NCBI GenBank assembly: GCA_031409275.1
Contig: JANNXA010000051.1
Span: forward strand, 320,001 to 384,000
Length of the DNA: 64,000 nucleotides
Source: Planctomycetota bacterium
GTDB taxonomy: Bacteria; Planctomycetota; B15-G4; SIAN01
Direction of reading: 5' to 3'
Shown here: positions 9,810 through 18,818 of the stretch, piece after piece
Layout of the letters: every line of letters begins with the position of its first letter
Numbering within the stretch: the first letter of the stretch is position 1
Translations under genes and position numbers: made by a program
Notes under the pieces: generated by a model
Seen by the model: the letters and a program-made list of their open reading frames with translations, nothing else
The model's database searches: none
Told to the model about the DNA's origin: nothing

Positions 9810-10940
9810 ATGGCGAACCCCTTCCGACTGCTCACGACCGACAAGTGCGGCGCGCGACGCGGCGAACTCCGATTCACGCGCGGCACGGTCTCGACTCCGA
9901 CCTTCATGCCGGTCGGCACCGCCGCCGCGGTGAAAGGGGTGACCGCGGCCCAGGTCGCCGAAACGAAGGCGGGCATCGTCCTCTCGAACACCTACCACCT
10001 CGCGCTGCAGCCAGGCTCCGACAAGATCGCCAAGCTCGGCGGGCTCCACGCCTTCATGGGCTGGAAAGGGCCGATGCTGACCGACAGCGGCGGCTTCCAG
10101 GTCTTCTCGCTGCCGAAGAAGTCGGTGAGCGAGGAGGGCGTCACCTTCGAGTTCGAGAAGGGCGGCGCGCCGATGAAGCTGTCGCCGGAACGCTCGATGG
10201 AGATCCAGGGCGAGCTCGGCAGCGACATCGCGATGGTCTTCGACGAATGCCTCGAATACCCGTGCAGCGAGGCGCGCGCCGCCGAGTCGATCGAGCGCAC
10301 CGCCCGCTGGGAGCGGCGCAGCCAGGCGGCGCATCGCAAGATCGCGCGCGAGGGGCAGCTCCTGTTCGGGATCGTGCAGGGGTCGACCTTCCCCCACCTC
10401 CGCAAGAAGAGCGCGCAGCAGATCACCGAGCTCGGCTTCGATGGCTACGCGATCGGAGGCGTCAGCGTCGGCGAAGGCATCGAGCTGCTGAAGAAGATCA
10501 CGGGCTGGACCGCGCCCTTCCTGCCGACCGACCAGGCGCGCTACTTGATGGGCGTCGGCTTGCCGGAGGACATCTTCGCGGCGGTCGAGCGCGGCATCGA
10601 CATGTTCGACTGCGTGATCCCGACCCGCTACGCGCGCGGCGGCACGCTCTTCACCGCGCGCGGCCGGATCCGCATCGAGCACCGCAAGTACCGGCGCGAC
10701 GGCTATCCGATCGACACCAGCTGCGACTGCTACACCTGCACCAGCGTGCCGCGCGCCTACCTGCACCATCTCTTCGAGATTCGCGAGCCGCTCGGCGAGA
10801 CGCTCGCGAGCATCCACAACCTGCGCTTCTATCAGCGGATGATGGAGCGGATCCGGGAGGCGATCGAGCTTTGCCGCTTTGCGGAGCTGCGCGACGAGTT
10901 CCTCGGAGCACTCGAGCAGACCGAACCCGCCGATCGCTGA
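9810..10940 (+). CDS. tgt: tRNA-guanine transglycosylase (queuosine pathway)
   Basis: TPTFMPVGT, NTYHL, TDSGGFQVFSL, FGIVQG, YLMGVG, DMFDCVIPTR; Zn site CDCYTC...HNL. Confidence 0.97.
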   Translation: MANPFRLLTTDKCGARRGELRFTRGTVSTPTFMPVGTAAAVKGVTAAQVAETKAGIVLSNTYHLALQPGSDKIAKLGGLHAFMGWKGPMLTDSGGFQVFSLPKKSVSEEGVTFEFEKGGAPMKLSPERSMEIQGELGSDIAMVFDECLEYPCSEARAAESIERTARWERRSQAAHRKIAREGQLLFGIVQGSTFPHLRKKSAQQITELGFDGYAIGGVSVGEGIELLKKITGWTAPFLPTDQARYLMGVGLPEDIFAAVERGIDMFDCVIPTRYARGGTLFTARGRIRIEHRKYRRDGYPIDTSCDCYTCTSVPRAYLHHLFEIREPLGETLASIHNLRFYQRMMERIREAIELCRFAELRDEFLGALEQTEPADR

Positions 10941-10974
10941 ACGGCGCGCGCTGATTTGGCGTGCGCTGGCCCAC

Positions 10975-11008
10975 GGCGCCCGCGGAGCAATCGTGCGCCG
11001 CGGGCACC
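10975..11008 (-). terminator. GC-rich hairpin between the convergent tgt and bL37-like genes (no U-tract)
   Basis: Minus strand GGTGCCCGCGG...CCGCGGGCGCC, an 11-bp stem with one G-U pair, 10 nt after the bL37-like stop. Confidence 0.35.
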
Positions 11009-11018
11009 GGAGCGGAGG

Positions 11019-11123
11019 CTATCGGTAGCCCTTGAAGTGCGCGCGATTGCGCTTCTGGCGCCGCGGATTGCACGCGCGCTTGCCGTGGTTCGCCTTCTTC
11101 GTCCGCCGACGCGGCTTGGCCAT
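11019..11123 (-). CDS. 34-aa basic microprotein resembling 50S ribosomal protein bL37
   Basis: Hand translation MAKPRRRTKKANHGKRACNPRRQKRNRAHFKGYR*; strong SD GAAGGAG upstream; KANHGKR core matches the bL37 motif as I recall it. Confidence 0.8.
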   Translation of the reverse strand: MAKPRRRTKKANHGKRACNPRRQKRNRAHFKGYR

Positions 11124-11299
11124 GACACCGATCTCCTTCATCCATCCCGCGCGGCGCCGCGAGGGCGCGGCGAAGCGACAAGCCAACGGCTCGCCCAGGG
11201 GGCGGACCGATCATTGGAAAAACGGCGCGAGAGGCTAGCGACTGCCGACCCAAAGCGCAGCCCGTCGCCTTCCGCCTCGCCGCGAAGGAGAGGAGATCG

Positions 11300-11893
11300 T
11301 CAGCTGGCCGCGTCGCTCCACGCGCCGGAGGCGGCTCCAGGGGCCGTCTCTTGCTGCAGCTCTTCGAGCAGCCCGTGGAGGCGCCCCGCCTCGCTGCCGA
11401 CGACGTCGAGGAAGGCGGAACGGGTGCGCCGTCGCTCCAGGTCGAGGGCGCGGGCAAGCTCGCCGCCTCCGTGGGCCGGTTCGCCGGCGGCGCCCTGAGC
11501 GATCTCGCGGACCTGCGCCACCATGCGCCGCAACGCCCGCTCCGCCTCCTGGATGGCCGAGAGGTCGAAGACGAGGCGGGCCGTGCCGTTCACCCGACCG
11601 CCGGCGTCGCGCAGCGGCAGCATCGTCTGCAGGCAGGAGAGGATGGCGCCGTCCCGGCGGACGTACTTGAGGAGCGTGTCGCGGACCGTCGCGCCCGCGC
11701 TGACGTCGGAGAGATTCTGCGCGTCGACGGCGCGATGCTTCTCGTGCAGCAGTTCGGCGAGCGGCCGCCCGAGGATTTCGCGCTCGCGCCAGCCGAAGAG
11801 CGCCTGAGCGCCGCGACTCCAGCCGAGCAGACGGCCATCGAGCGCCGTGGTGATCAAAGCGTCCTGAGGACGCAGAGCAGCAGCGTCATCCAT
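11300..11893 (-). CDS. Stand-alone PAS/PAC domain protein with helical tail
   Basis: DALITTALDGRLLGWSRGAQALFGWREREILGR (PAS) and RRDG...PLRDAGGRVNG...FDLS (PAC); start uncertain (11893-11968). Confidence 0.8.
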   Translation of the reverse strand: MDDAAALRPQDALITTALDGRLLGWSRGAQALFGWREREILGRPLAELLHEKHRAVDAQNLSDVSAGATVRDTLLKYVRRDGAILSCLQTMLPLRDAGGRVNGTARLVFDLSAIQEAERALRRMVAQVREIAQGAAGEPAHGGGELARALDLERRRTRSAFLDVVGSEAGRLHGLLEELQQETAPGAASGAWSDAAS

Positions 11894-12000
11894 CTTCTTG
11901 GGCTCCTGAACGCGTAGATCGGTCGGCGCGCGGGCGATGCTCAAGTCCCCGGCGGCTGCCCCCGACACACTTCCAGCTACTCGCTAAGGTCGCGCCCCCC

Positions 12001-13092
12001 ATGCTCCGCACGATCGCCCTCCTCGCCGTCCTGCACGCGGCGGCCGCGCCTCCCTCCGTCGCGCGCCACCACGACACCGACTCCTACGCCCACCTGAGCC
12101 TCGACGCCTCCGGCGCGGAGCTGCGCCTCGAGCTCGACACCGATTCGCTGATGGCCGAGGTCGAAGCGCTGCCGCCGCTGACCGAGGATTGGGAGGCGGC
12201 CGACGTCACCGCCGTGCTGCCGCGCATCGCCGAGTTCGTCGCCGATCACTGGCAGCTCGAACTCGACGGCGCGCCGGTCGCGTTGGCCGAGCACGGATTC
12301 GAGCTGCTGCGGACGTTCGATCCGATGCAGCGAGCCGAACGCAACGTGCGCGTCGTGTTGCGCCTCACCTTCACGCCGCCGCCGAGAAGCGCAGCAGCGA
12401 CGCTTCGCCAGACGCTGTTCGCGGGCCGCGAGCTCGACCATCGCCACACGCTCCTGCTCGCGGTGGGCGACGACGAGCCGATCGAATGGCGCGTCCGCAA
12501 CGGCACGCCCTTCCACTTCACCCTGCCCGACGTGGCGCCGGGCGCGCATCGGCGCGCGCTGCGCGACGCGTTGCATGGCGGCCTCTGGCACGCGACTCGT
12601 CAACCGTGGCTCGCCGCCTTCATGCTGGTGCTGCTGCTCGCGCCGCTCCCGCGTCGTGAGCGTGCGCGATCGATGGTGGCGGCTGCGGCCGCTGCCGCGC
12701 TGACCTGGTCCGCCACGCGCCTGGGCTGGATCGCACCGTCGCCATGGGCTGCGACCGCGGCTGCCGCGCTCGCCATCGCCTACGTCGCCGGCGAGAACTG
12801 CTTCGTCCGCGAACTCAAGTTGCGCACCGCCACCGCGGCGCTGTTCGGCGTGGTCGAGGGCATGGCGCTCGAAGCGCCGAGCCGCTCGCCCGCGACGGCC
12901 ACCTTCGCGACCGGCGCCGCGTGGTGCCTCGGCGCGCTGCTCGCGGCCAGCGCAATCGGCGCGATGGCGACGCTGCTGCTGCAGCCGCTGTGTCGCCGCT
13001 TTCCGTGGCTGCGCCCCATCACCGCAGGAGCGCTGGTCACCTTGGGCGCGATCGGCCTGTTCCTGGCCGTGCGCGGCCGACCAGGCGCCTGA
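12001..13092 (+). CDS. Secreted-domain plus HupE/UreJ-like membrane protein (divergent)
   Basis: Signal peptide, soluble domain, then TM bundle with IAYVAGEN and LFGVVEG, resembling HupE/UreJ_2 motifs. Confidence 0.6.
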   Translation: MLRTIALLAVLHAAAAPPSVARHHDTDSYAHLSLDASGAELRLELDTDSLMAEVEALPPLTEDWEAADVTAVLPRIAEFVADHWQLELDGAPVALAEHGFELLRTFDPMQRAERNVRVVLRLTFTPPPRSAAATLRQTLFAGRELDHRHTLLLAVGDDEPIEWRVRNGTPFHFTLPDVAPGAHRRALRDALHGGLWHATRQPWLAAFMLVLLLAPLPRRERARSMVAAAAAAALTWSATRLGWIAPSPWAATAAAALAIAYVAGENCFVRELKLRTATAALFGVVEGMALEAPSRSPATATFATGAAWCLGALLAASAIGAMATLLLQPLCRRFPWLRPITAGALVTLGAIGLFLAVRGRPGA

Positions 13093-13102
13093 TCGCCGCG
13101 CG

Positions 13103-14521
13103 TCACTGGTAGCCGAGCTTGCGCAGTTGCGCGGCCATCTCGGGACTGACGTTGCCTCCCTGCGCCGCCGCCACGGCGGTCGCGCGCACCCATTCGTCGA
13201 ACGCCGCTTCGAGCGCGCGCGCGACATCGGCGTGGTCGGCGACGACGTCGTGCTGTTCGGCCGGGTCCGCTTCGAGGTTGAAGAGCTGGCGCGGAGTGCC
13301 TTCGCGAAGCACCAGCTTGAAGCGACCGGAGCGGATCACCGCCGCCTCCGGGTCACCGCCCGCCTTGCCTTCGAAGTGCGTGGGGAGCGTGGCGATCGCG
13401 TGGCGACTCCACTCGACCTCGGGCCCGGTTCCTGCCGCGGCCGCGATCAACGGCGTGCAATCGCGCCCCTCGACTTCGACGGGCAACAGCTCGCCGAGCG
13501 TCGCGAGCAGCGACGGCACCAGGTCGACGTGCTGCACGACCGGCTCGACGACGACTCCAGCCGGCACGCCGGGACCGCGCCAGAGCAGCGGCACGTGCAA
13601 CGTCGACTCGTCGATGACCGGCGCATGGAAGCCGAGCGTGCTCCCCTCGAGGCTCTCCCCGTGGTCAGCGACCACGACGACGAGCGCCTGCTCCCACGCG
13701 CCCGCCGCTTCCAGGGCGCTGCGGATCTCTCCGAACCGAGCGTCGGTGAAAGCGACCGCTGCGTCGTAGCGATCGCGGTAGCGCGCCGCGAACTCGGGCG
13801 GAGCGGTCACCTCGCCGGTCCGCAGTTTCTCCATCGAACGGAAATCGTCCTGCAACGGACCGTCGTAGCGATGGGTGACGAAGCGCTGGTACTCGTCGGG
13901 GAAGTCGTGCGGCCCGTGCGGGATGAAGAGGTGGGTCCAGGCGAAGCGGCGCCGGCCGCGGGTCGCGGCCAGGAACTGGCGCAGGGTCCGAACGATGCGC
14001 TCGGCGCGTCGCCCCTGGTCGAAGCCGTAACCGTCGAATCCCTGGACGAGGTTGATCTCGGCGAAGTTGAAGGCATTGAAGAACGCGCCGGTCGCGAAGC
14101 CGAGCCCCTGGAAGCGCTCGGCCAGCGTCAGCAACGAGTCGCTCGCCTTCATGAAGTTGCTGGTGACGCCGTGCAGTCGCGGCGACAGGCCGGTGAAGAG
14201 CGCGGCGTGGGCAGGCGCGGTGCACGGCATCGGTGCCATCGCGTTGGCGAAGCGTGCCCCTTCGCGAGCGAGCCGGTCGAGGTTCGGCGTGAGTCCGCGC
14301 GGGTTCCCGTAGCAGCCGAGCCGGTCGGCGCGCAGCGTGTCGAGCGTGACCAGGATGATGTCCTGCGGCGCATTCGCGACCGTTGTCGCCGCTGGCGTCG
14401 GAGCGGACGCCGGGTCGCGCCGCTCGACTTCGTCGCCGCAGCTCGAAAGCTCGACGCAAAGCAGCAGCGCGAGGAGTCGCGACGCAAGCGAAGTTCGGTT
14501 CAGGACACTAGATGAGCCCAT
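13103..14521 (-). CDS. Sulfatase-like alkaline-phosphatase-superfamily lipoprotein (TxPxH type)
   Basis: Lipobox-like LSSC; LDTLRADRL, TPNLD, CTAPAHAALFTG, ADHGE, VPL and C-terminal LRKLGY; start chosen at ATG 14521. Confidence 0.85.
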   Translation of the reverse strand: MGSSSVLNRTSLASRLLALLLCVELSSCGDEVERRDPASAPTPAATTVANAPQDIILVTLDTLRADRLGCYGNPRGLTPNLDRLAREGARFANAMAPMPCTAPAHAALFTGLSPRLHGVTSNFMKASDSLLTLAERFQGLGFATGAFFNAFNFAEINLVQGFDGYGFDQGRRAERIVRTLRQFLAATRGRRRFAWTHLFIPHGPHDFPDEYQRFVTHRYDGPLQDDFRSMEKLRTGEVTAPPEFAARYRDRYDAAVAFTDARFGEIRSALEAAGAWEQALVVVVADHGESLEGSTLGFHAPVIDESTLHVPLLWRGPGVPAGVVVEPVVQHVDLVPSLLATLGELLPVEVEGRDCTPLIAAAAGTGPEVEWSRHAIATLPTHFEGKAGGDPEAAVIRSGRFKLVLREGTPRQLFNLEADPAEQHDVVADHADVARALEAAFDEWVRATAVAAAQGGNVSPEMAAQLRKLGYQ

Positions 14522-16136
14522 AGCGCTTGAGCCGGTTGTAGAAGGTGCGGCGCGGCAATCCGAGCAGTCGAGCGGCCTCGACCCGTTTCCCGTGCGCGAC
14601 TTCGAGCGCCTGCCGAATCGCCTCTTTCTCGAGCTCCTCGAGCGTTCTTCCACCCAACGTGAACTGGTTCTGCTTGGTCCCTTCGCCGAGGCTGCGCAAC
14701 ATCCGCGCGTCGATCGTGTCGTTCGACAGGACGGCGAGCTTCAACATCTCGTTGCGCAGTTCGCGGACATTGCCGGGCCACGCGTACTGCACCAGCGCCG
14801 CAAGCGCCTCCTCGGTGAGGCGCGGCACCGGACGCGCGGTCTCCTTGGTCGCCTCCTGGAGGAAGTGGTCGACCAGGGCCGGGATGTCGCCGCGACGCTC
14901 GCGCAACGGCGGTACGCGCACGCACATCACCTTCAAGCGGAAGTAGAGATCTTCGCGGAAGCTGCCGTCCTCGAGCTTCTTCGCCAGATCGGCGTTGGTC
15001 GCCGAGAGGATTCGCACGTCGACCTTGATCGCCTCACGGCCGCCGACCTTGCGGAACTCCCCTTCCTGCAGGACGCGCAGCAGCTTGCGCTGCATGGAGA
15101 GGTCCATGTCGCCGATCTCGTCGAGGAAGAGCGTGCCGCCGTCGGCTTCCTCGAACAGCCCCTTCTTGTCGCGATCGGCTCCCGTGAAGGCACCCTTCGT
15201 GTAGCCGAAGAGCTCGGCCTCGAGGAGGTTCTCGGCGATCGCGGCGCAGTTCTCGGCGACGAATGCCTTTTCGCGCCGGCGACCGAGGCGATGGATCGCG
15301 CGCGCGACGACCTCCTTGCCGACGCCGCTCTCGCCGAGGATCAGGACCGGGTAATCGGTCTCCACCACGACGTCGAGCAGTCGCAGCAGATCGAGCATCG
15401 CCGGCGAACGGCCGATCAGCTCCGGATAGTCGTGGCGCGGCGGCGTCGCATCGGGTCGCTGACTGAGCGCGTCGCGCATCGACTGCAGCTCGACCTCCTG
15501 GACGGCGACCTTCTCGGAGAGCTTGCCATTCAGCTGCTCGAGCTCGCGACGCGCGGCGGCGTTCTGCGCCAGCAAGCGGGCGTTGTCGACCGCGACCGCC
15601 GCCTGGTCGCCGAAGAGCTCCATCAACTGCTGGTGCTCGTCGTTGAAGGTGCCGCGCTGGAAGCGGTTGTCGAGGTAGAGGCAGCCGACCGTGGCGCCGC
15701 GCACGCGCAACGGGACCGCGAGGATCGAGACGAGGCGCATGCCGCTGATCGACTCGGAGGGACCGAGCGCAGGATCATCCAGAGCGCTCTCGATCCGCTG
15801 GGTGACGCCGCTGTCGACCACCTTGTGGATGACGGTCTTGCTGACCTTGCTGACCGCCGCGCGGACCTCCTCGCGATCGACGTTGCGCGAGGCGGCCACC
15901 GCCGGCTCGCCAGCCCCGACCGTGCAGAGGATCAGGAAGGCGCGCTCGGCGCCGGTCAGCTCGATCGCGGCGTCGAGGATTTTGGCGTAGAGGCGCCCCG
16001 CATCGAGCTCGGCCGCCAGCGCTCGGTTGATCTCGAGGAGCCGGCGAACCTGCCCGGCGGCCGCCACCGCCCCATCGCCGCCGCCCAGCCCGAACCAGGC
16101 GGCCAAACCGCGACGTGGTTCCTCACGGCCGCTCAT
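14508..16136 (-). CDS. GAF-domain sigma-54-dependent transcriptional activator (NifA/FhlA-like)
   Basis: GAF domain, GESGVGKE, GAFTGA, LFLDEIGD, FREDLYFRL, WPGNVREL and Fis-type HTH; GGAG SD before ATG 16136. Confidence 0.93.
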   Translation of the reverse strand: MSGREEPRRGLAAWFGLGGGDGAVAAAGQVRRLLEINRALAAELDAGRLYAKILDAAIELTGAERAFLILCTVGAGEPAVAASRNVDREEVRAAVSKVSKTVIHKVVDSGVTQRIESALDDPALGPSESISGMRLVSILAVPLRVRGATVGCLYLDNRFQRGTFNDEHQQLMELFGDQAAVAVDNARLLAQNAAARRELEQLNGKLSEKVAVQEVELQSMRDALSQRPDATPPRHDYPELIGRSPAMLDLLRLLDVVVETDYPVLILGESGVGKEVVARAIHRLGRRREKAFVAENCAAIAENLLEAELFGYTKGAFTGADRDKKGLFEEADGGTLFLDEIGDMDLSMQRKLLRVLQEGEFRKVGGREAIKVDVRILSATNADLAKKLEDGSFREDLYFRLKVMCVRVPPLRERRGDIPALVDHFLQEATKETARPVPRLTEEALAALVQYAWPGNVRELRNEMLKLAVLSNDTIDARMLRSLGEGTKQNQFTLGGRTLEELEKEAIRQALEVAHGKRVEAARLLGLPRRTFYNRLKRYGLI

Positions 16137-16313
16137 GCGCGAGCTCCAGAACCATCGCGCCACCAGCCGATCTTCCTGACCGCCATCGAGGTTGCTCTAA
16201 TCGCGCGGCCTTCGGAACCCGTGGACCTCCCCATCAGGTTCGTCACGCTCCCGCTCGCGGGGGGCCGTGATCGCGCCGGATGATACGCCACGCCAACGTG
16301 AGCCTGACCGACG

Positions 16314-16808
16314 ATGCCGCACTTCATCCATGACGTCTGCGTCGGCTGCACCCTGTGCGCGAAGAACTGTCCCACCGGCGCGATCTACGGAGAGAGCAAG
16401 AAGCTCTTCGTCATCCAGCCCGAGCTCTGCATCGACTGCTCCATCTGCGCGAACGTTTGCCCGGTGGCGTGCATCACCGACCAGCTCGGCAACACGCCTC
16501 CCAAGCAGAAGGTCCCGGAGAAGCCGAAGGCGCTGATCATCGAGTCGGGCTGCACCGGCTGCGAAGCGTGCATGCAGGTCTGCCCGGTCGAGGCGATCTA
16601 CAAGCCGACCGCGGAGAGCGATCCCGACCTCGTCCAAGACACGTTCGGCGTCTTCTCGCTCTGCCGCGTCGACCCGGTCAAGTGCATCGGCTGCGAGCTC
16701 TGCTACAAGGTCTGCCCTTGGGACACGATCGAGATGGCCGCCAGCGACAAGGCCACCACCACCGCGTACAAGGAAGGTGGCTACGTCTCGCGTCAGGTGA
16801 CCAGCTGA
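16314..16808 (+). CDS. Polyferredoxin with four [4Fe-4S] motifs
   Basis: Four CxxCxxCxxxCP motifs: CVGCTLCAKNCP, CIDCSICANVCP, CTGCEACMQVCP, CIGCELCYKVCP. Confidence 0.9.
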   Translation: MPHFIHDVCVGCTLCAKNCPTGAIYGESKKLFVIQPELCIDCSICANVCPVACITDQLGNTPPKQKVPEKPKALIIESGCTGCEACMQVCPVEAIYKPTAESDPDLVQDTFGVFSLCRVDPVKCIGCELCYKVCPWDTIEMAASDKATTTAYKEGGYVSRQVTS

Positions 16809-16812
16809 TCGA

Positions 16813-18060
16813 CTAGCAGAGGCGCGTCGGCGCTTCGAAGAGTTCCGTCGCCAGCAGGTCCGCCATCGTCTCGCGCCGCCGCACCAGTCGCGCGCGGCCA
16901 CCGTCGATCAGCACCTCCGCGCCGCGCGGGCGCGAGTTGTACTGGCTCGACATCGACGTTCCGTACGCCCCGGCCGAGCCGATCGCCAGCAGATCACCCG
17001 GTTGCGGCAGCGGGAGCTGACGATCCTTGGCCAGGAAGTCGCCGCTTTCGCAGACCGGCCCGACCACGTCCACGTTCGCGAGCGGTCGCGACGCCGCGTC
17101 GGCCGCGACCATCGCCACCGGATGCCACGCGCCGTAGAGCGCCGGCCGCATGAGGTCGTTCATCGCCGCGTCGACGATGACGAAGAGGCGATCGGGCGAC
17201 TCCTTCACGCCGATCACGCGCGTCAGCAACGATCCAGCCTCGGCGACCAGGAAGCGCCCCGGTTCGAGGAGCAGATCGACCCGGAGCGGCTCGAGGAACG
17301 GGCGCACCGCCGCGGCGACGGCGACGATCGCGGGCGGCGTCGCGTCGTAGCGCGCGGCGAATCCGCCGCCGAAGTTGAGCAGCTCGACCGCGAAACCGGC
17401 GGCTCGCGTCGCGGCGATGCGCTCCGCGACGATGGCGGCGGCGGCGGCGAAGCGGCTCGGGTCGGTGATCTGCGAGCCGATGTGGACATGGAAGCCGCGG
17501 AATCGCAGCGCCATCGTTCGCCGGTGGCGCTGCAGCGCCGCCAACGCCGTCTCGAACGGCATCCCGAACTTGTTGCGCCGGGTGCCGGTGGTCACGTACT
17601 CGTGCGTGCCGGCTTCGACGTCGGGATTCAGCCGCAGCGCGAACGGCGCGACCACGTTGCGCGCGAGCGCGAGCGCGGCGAGGCGGTCGAGTTCCGCGGC
17701 CGACTCGACGTCGAAGAGGCCGATGCCGAGGTCGAGCGCCGCGGCCAGTTCGGCGTCGCTCTTCCCGGCGCCAGCGAAGCCGATGCGTCGCGGATCGACC
17801 CCGACGCGCCGGCAGCGTTCGAGCTCACCCGCGGACACGACGTCGAAGCCCGCCCCTTCCGCTGCCAGCAGCGCCAGCAGCGCGAGGCCGGAGTTCGCCT
17901 TGACCGAGTAGTGGACTTCGTGCAGCAGGCCCGCGAAGGCGGCGCGCAGCTCGGCAAGGCGAGCGCGCACCACGTCACCGTCCATCACCCACAACGGAGT
18001 CCCGTGCTCGCGCGCGAGGAGCTCGAAGTCGCGCGCCCGCGGGTCGGGCGCGCCGCTCAC
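16813..18060 (-). CDS. lysA: Diaminopimelate decarboxylase
   Basis: YSVKAN (PLP lysine), HVHIGSQ, EPGRFLV, RPALYG, GPVCESGD, AGAYG and YNSRPR. Confidence 0.95.
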   Translation of the reverse strand: MSGAPDPRARDFELLAREHGTPLWVMDGDVVRARLAELRAAFAGLLHEVHYSVKANSGLALLALLAAEGAGFDVVSAGELERCRRVGVDPRRIGFAGAGKSDAELAAALDLGIGLFDVESAAELDRLAALALARNVVAPFALRLNPDVEAGTHEYVTTGTRRNKFGMPFETALAALQRHRRTMALRFRGFHVHIGSQITDPSRFAAAAAIVAERIAATRAAGFAVELLNFGGGFAARYDATPPAIVAVAAAVRPFLEPLRVDLLLEPGRFLVAEAGSLLTRVIGVKESPDRLFVIVDAAMNDLMRPALYGAWHPVAMVAADAASRPLANVDVVGPVCESGDFLAKDRQLPLPQPGDLLAIGSAGAYGTSMSSQYNSRPRGAEVLIDGGRARLVRRRETMADLLATELFEAPTRLC

Positions 18061-18818
18061 GTCTCGACCGCCAGCTTTCGATGGAGTCGCAGCAGGAGGC
18101 GGCTGTGCAGCTGGCAGACGCGCGACTCGGAGACACCGAGGCGTCGGCCGATCTTGCGCATGGTCAGCCCTTCGCCATAGCGCATGCGCACGAGGTCGCG
18201 CTCGACGTCGGAAAGCGTGTCGTCGATCAGCCGCAGCAGGTCATTGCGCTGCGCCGCCTCGTGCGGCGCGCCCTGCTCGTCGACGAGGTCGTCGCCGAGG
18301 AGCTGCGGCTCGTCCCCATCCGAATCGTCGCCGGTCGCGAGGTCGAGCGAGAGGACGTTGCGGGTCGCGGCCACGGCCATGATCCGCTCGATCGCCTGCG
18401 GGGCCATCGATAGCCGCTGCGAAAGCTCGTGATGCGTCGGCTCGCGGCCGAGTTCCTGACGCAGCCGCGTCCGCGCGCCGACCACTGCGCGCGCCCGCTC
18501 GCGAGCGTCGCGGGACAGGCGGTCGTTGCTGCGCAGTTCGTCGAGCATCGCGCCGCGGATGCGCACGCGGCAGAAGGTGCCGAACTTCACGTTGCGCGCC
18601 GGATCGAACCCTTCGATCGCCTGCAGCAGGCCGAAGACGCCGACCGAGATGAGGTCGTCCGGATCGACGCTCCGTGGCACGCGCGCGACGACCTCTTCGG
18701 CGAGGATGCGGACGAGCGGCAGGTACGACTCCGCCAATTCGTTGCGCAGGCGGCGCCGGCGCGTGTCGAGGAATCGCTTCCAGAGCGACTCGCGCAGCGA
18801 TTCGTTGGCGCGGATCAC
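18057..18818 (-). CDS. FliA/WhiG-family (sigma-28-like) RNA polymerase sigma factor
   Basis: DDLISVGVFGLLQAIEGFDP, RIRGAMLDELR, LTMRKIGRRLGVSESRVCQLH. Confidence 0.92.
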   Translation of the reverse strand: MIRANESLRESLWKRFLDTRRRRLRNELAESYLPLVRILAEEVVARVPRSVDPDDLISVGVFGLLQAIEGFDPARNVKFGTFCRVRIRGAMLDELRSNDRLSRDARERARAVVGARTRLRQELGREPTHHELSQRLSMAPQAIERIMAVAATRNVLSLDLATGDDSDGDEPQLLGDDLVDEQGAPHEAAQRNDLLRLIDDTLSDVERDLVRMRYGEGLTMRKIGRRLGVSESRVCQLHSRLLLRLHRKLAVET

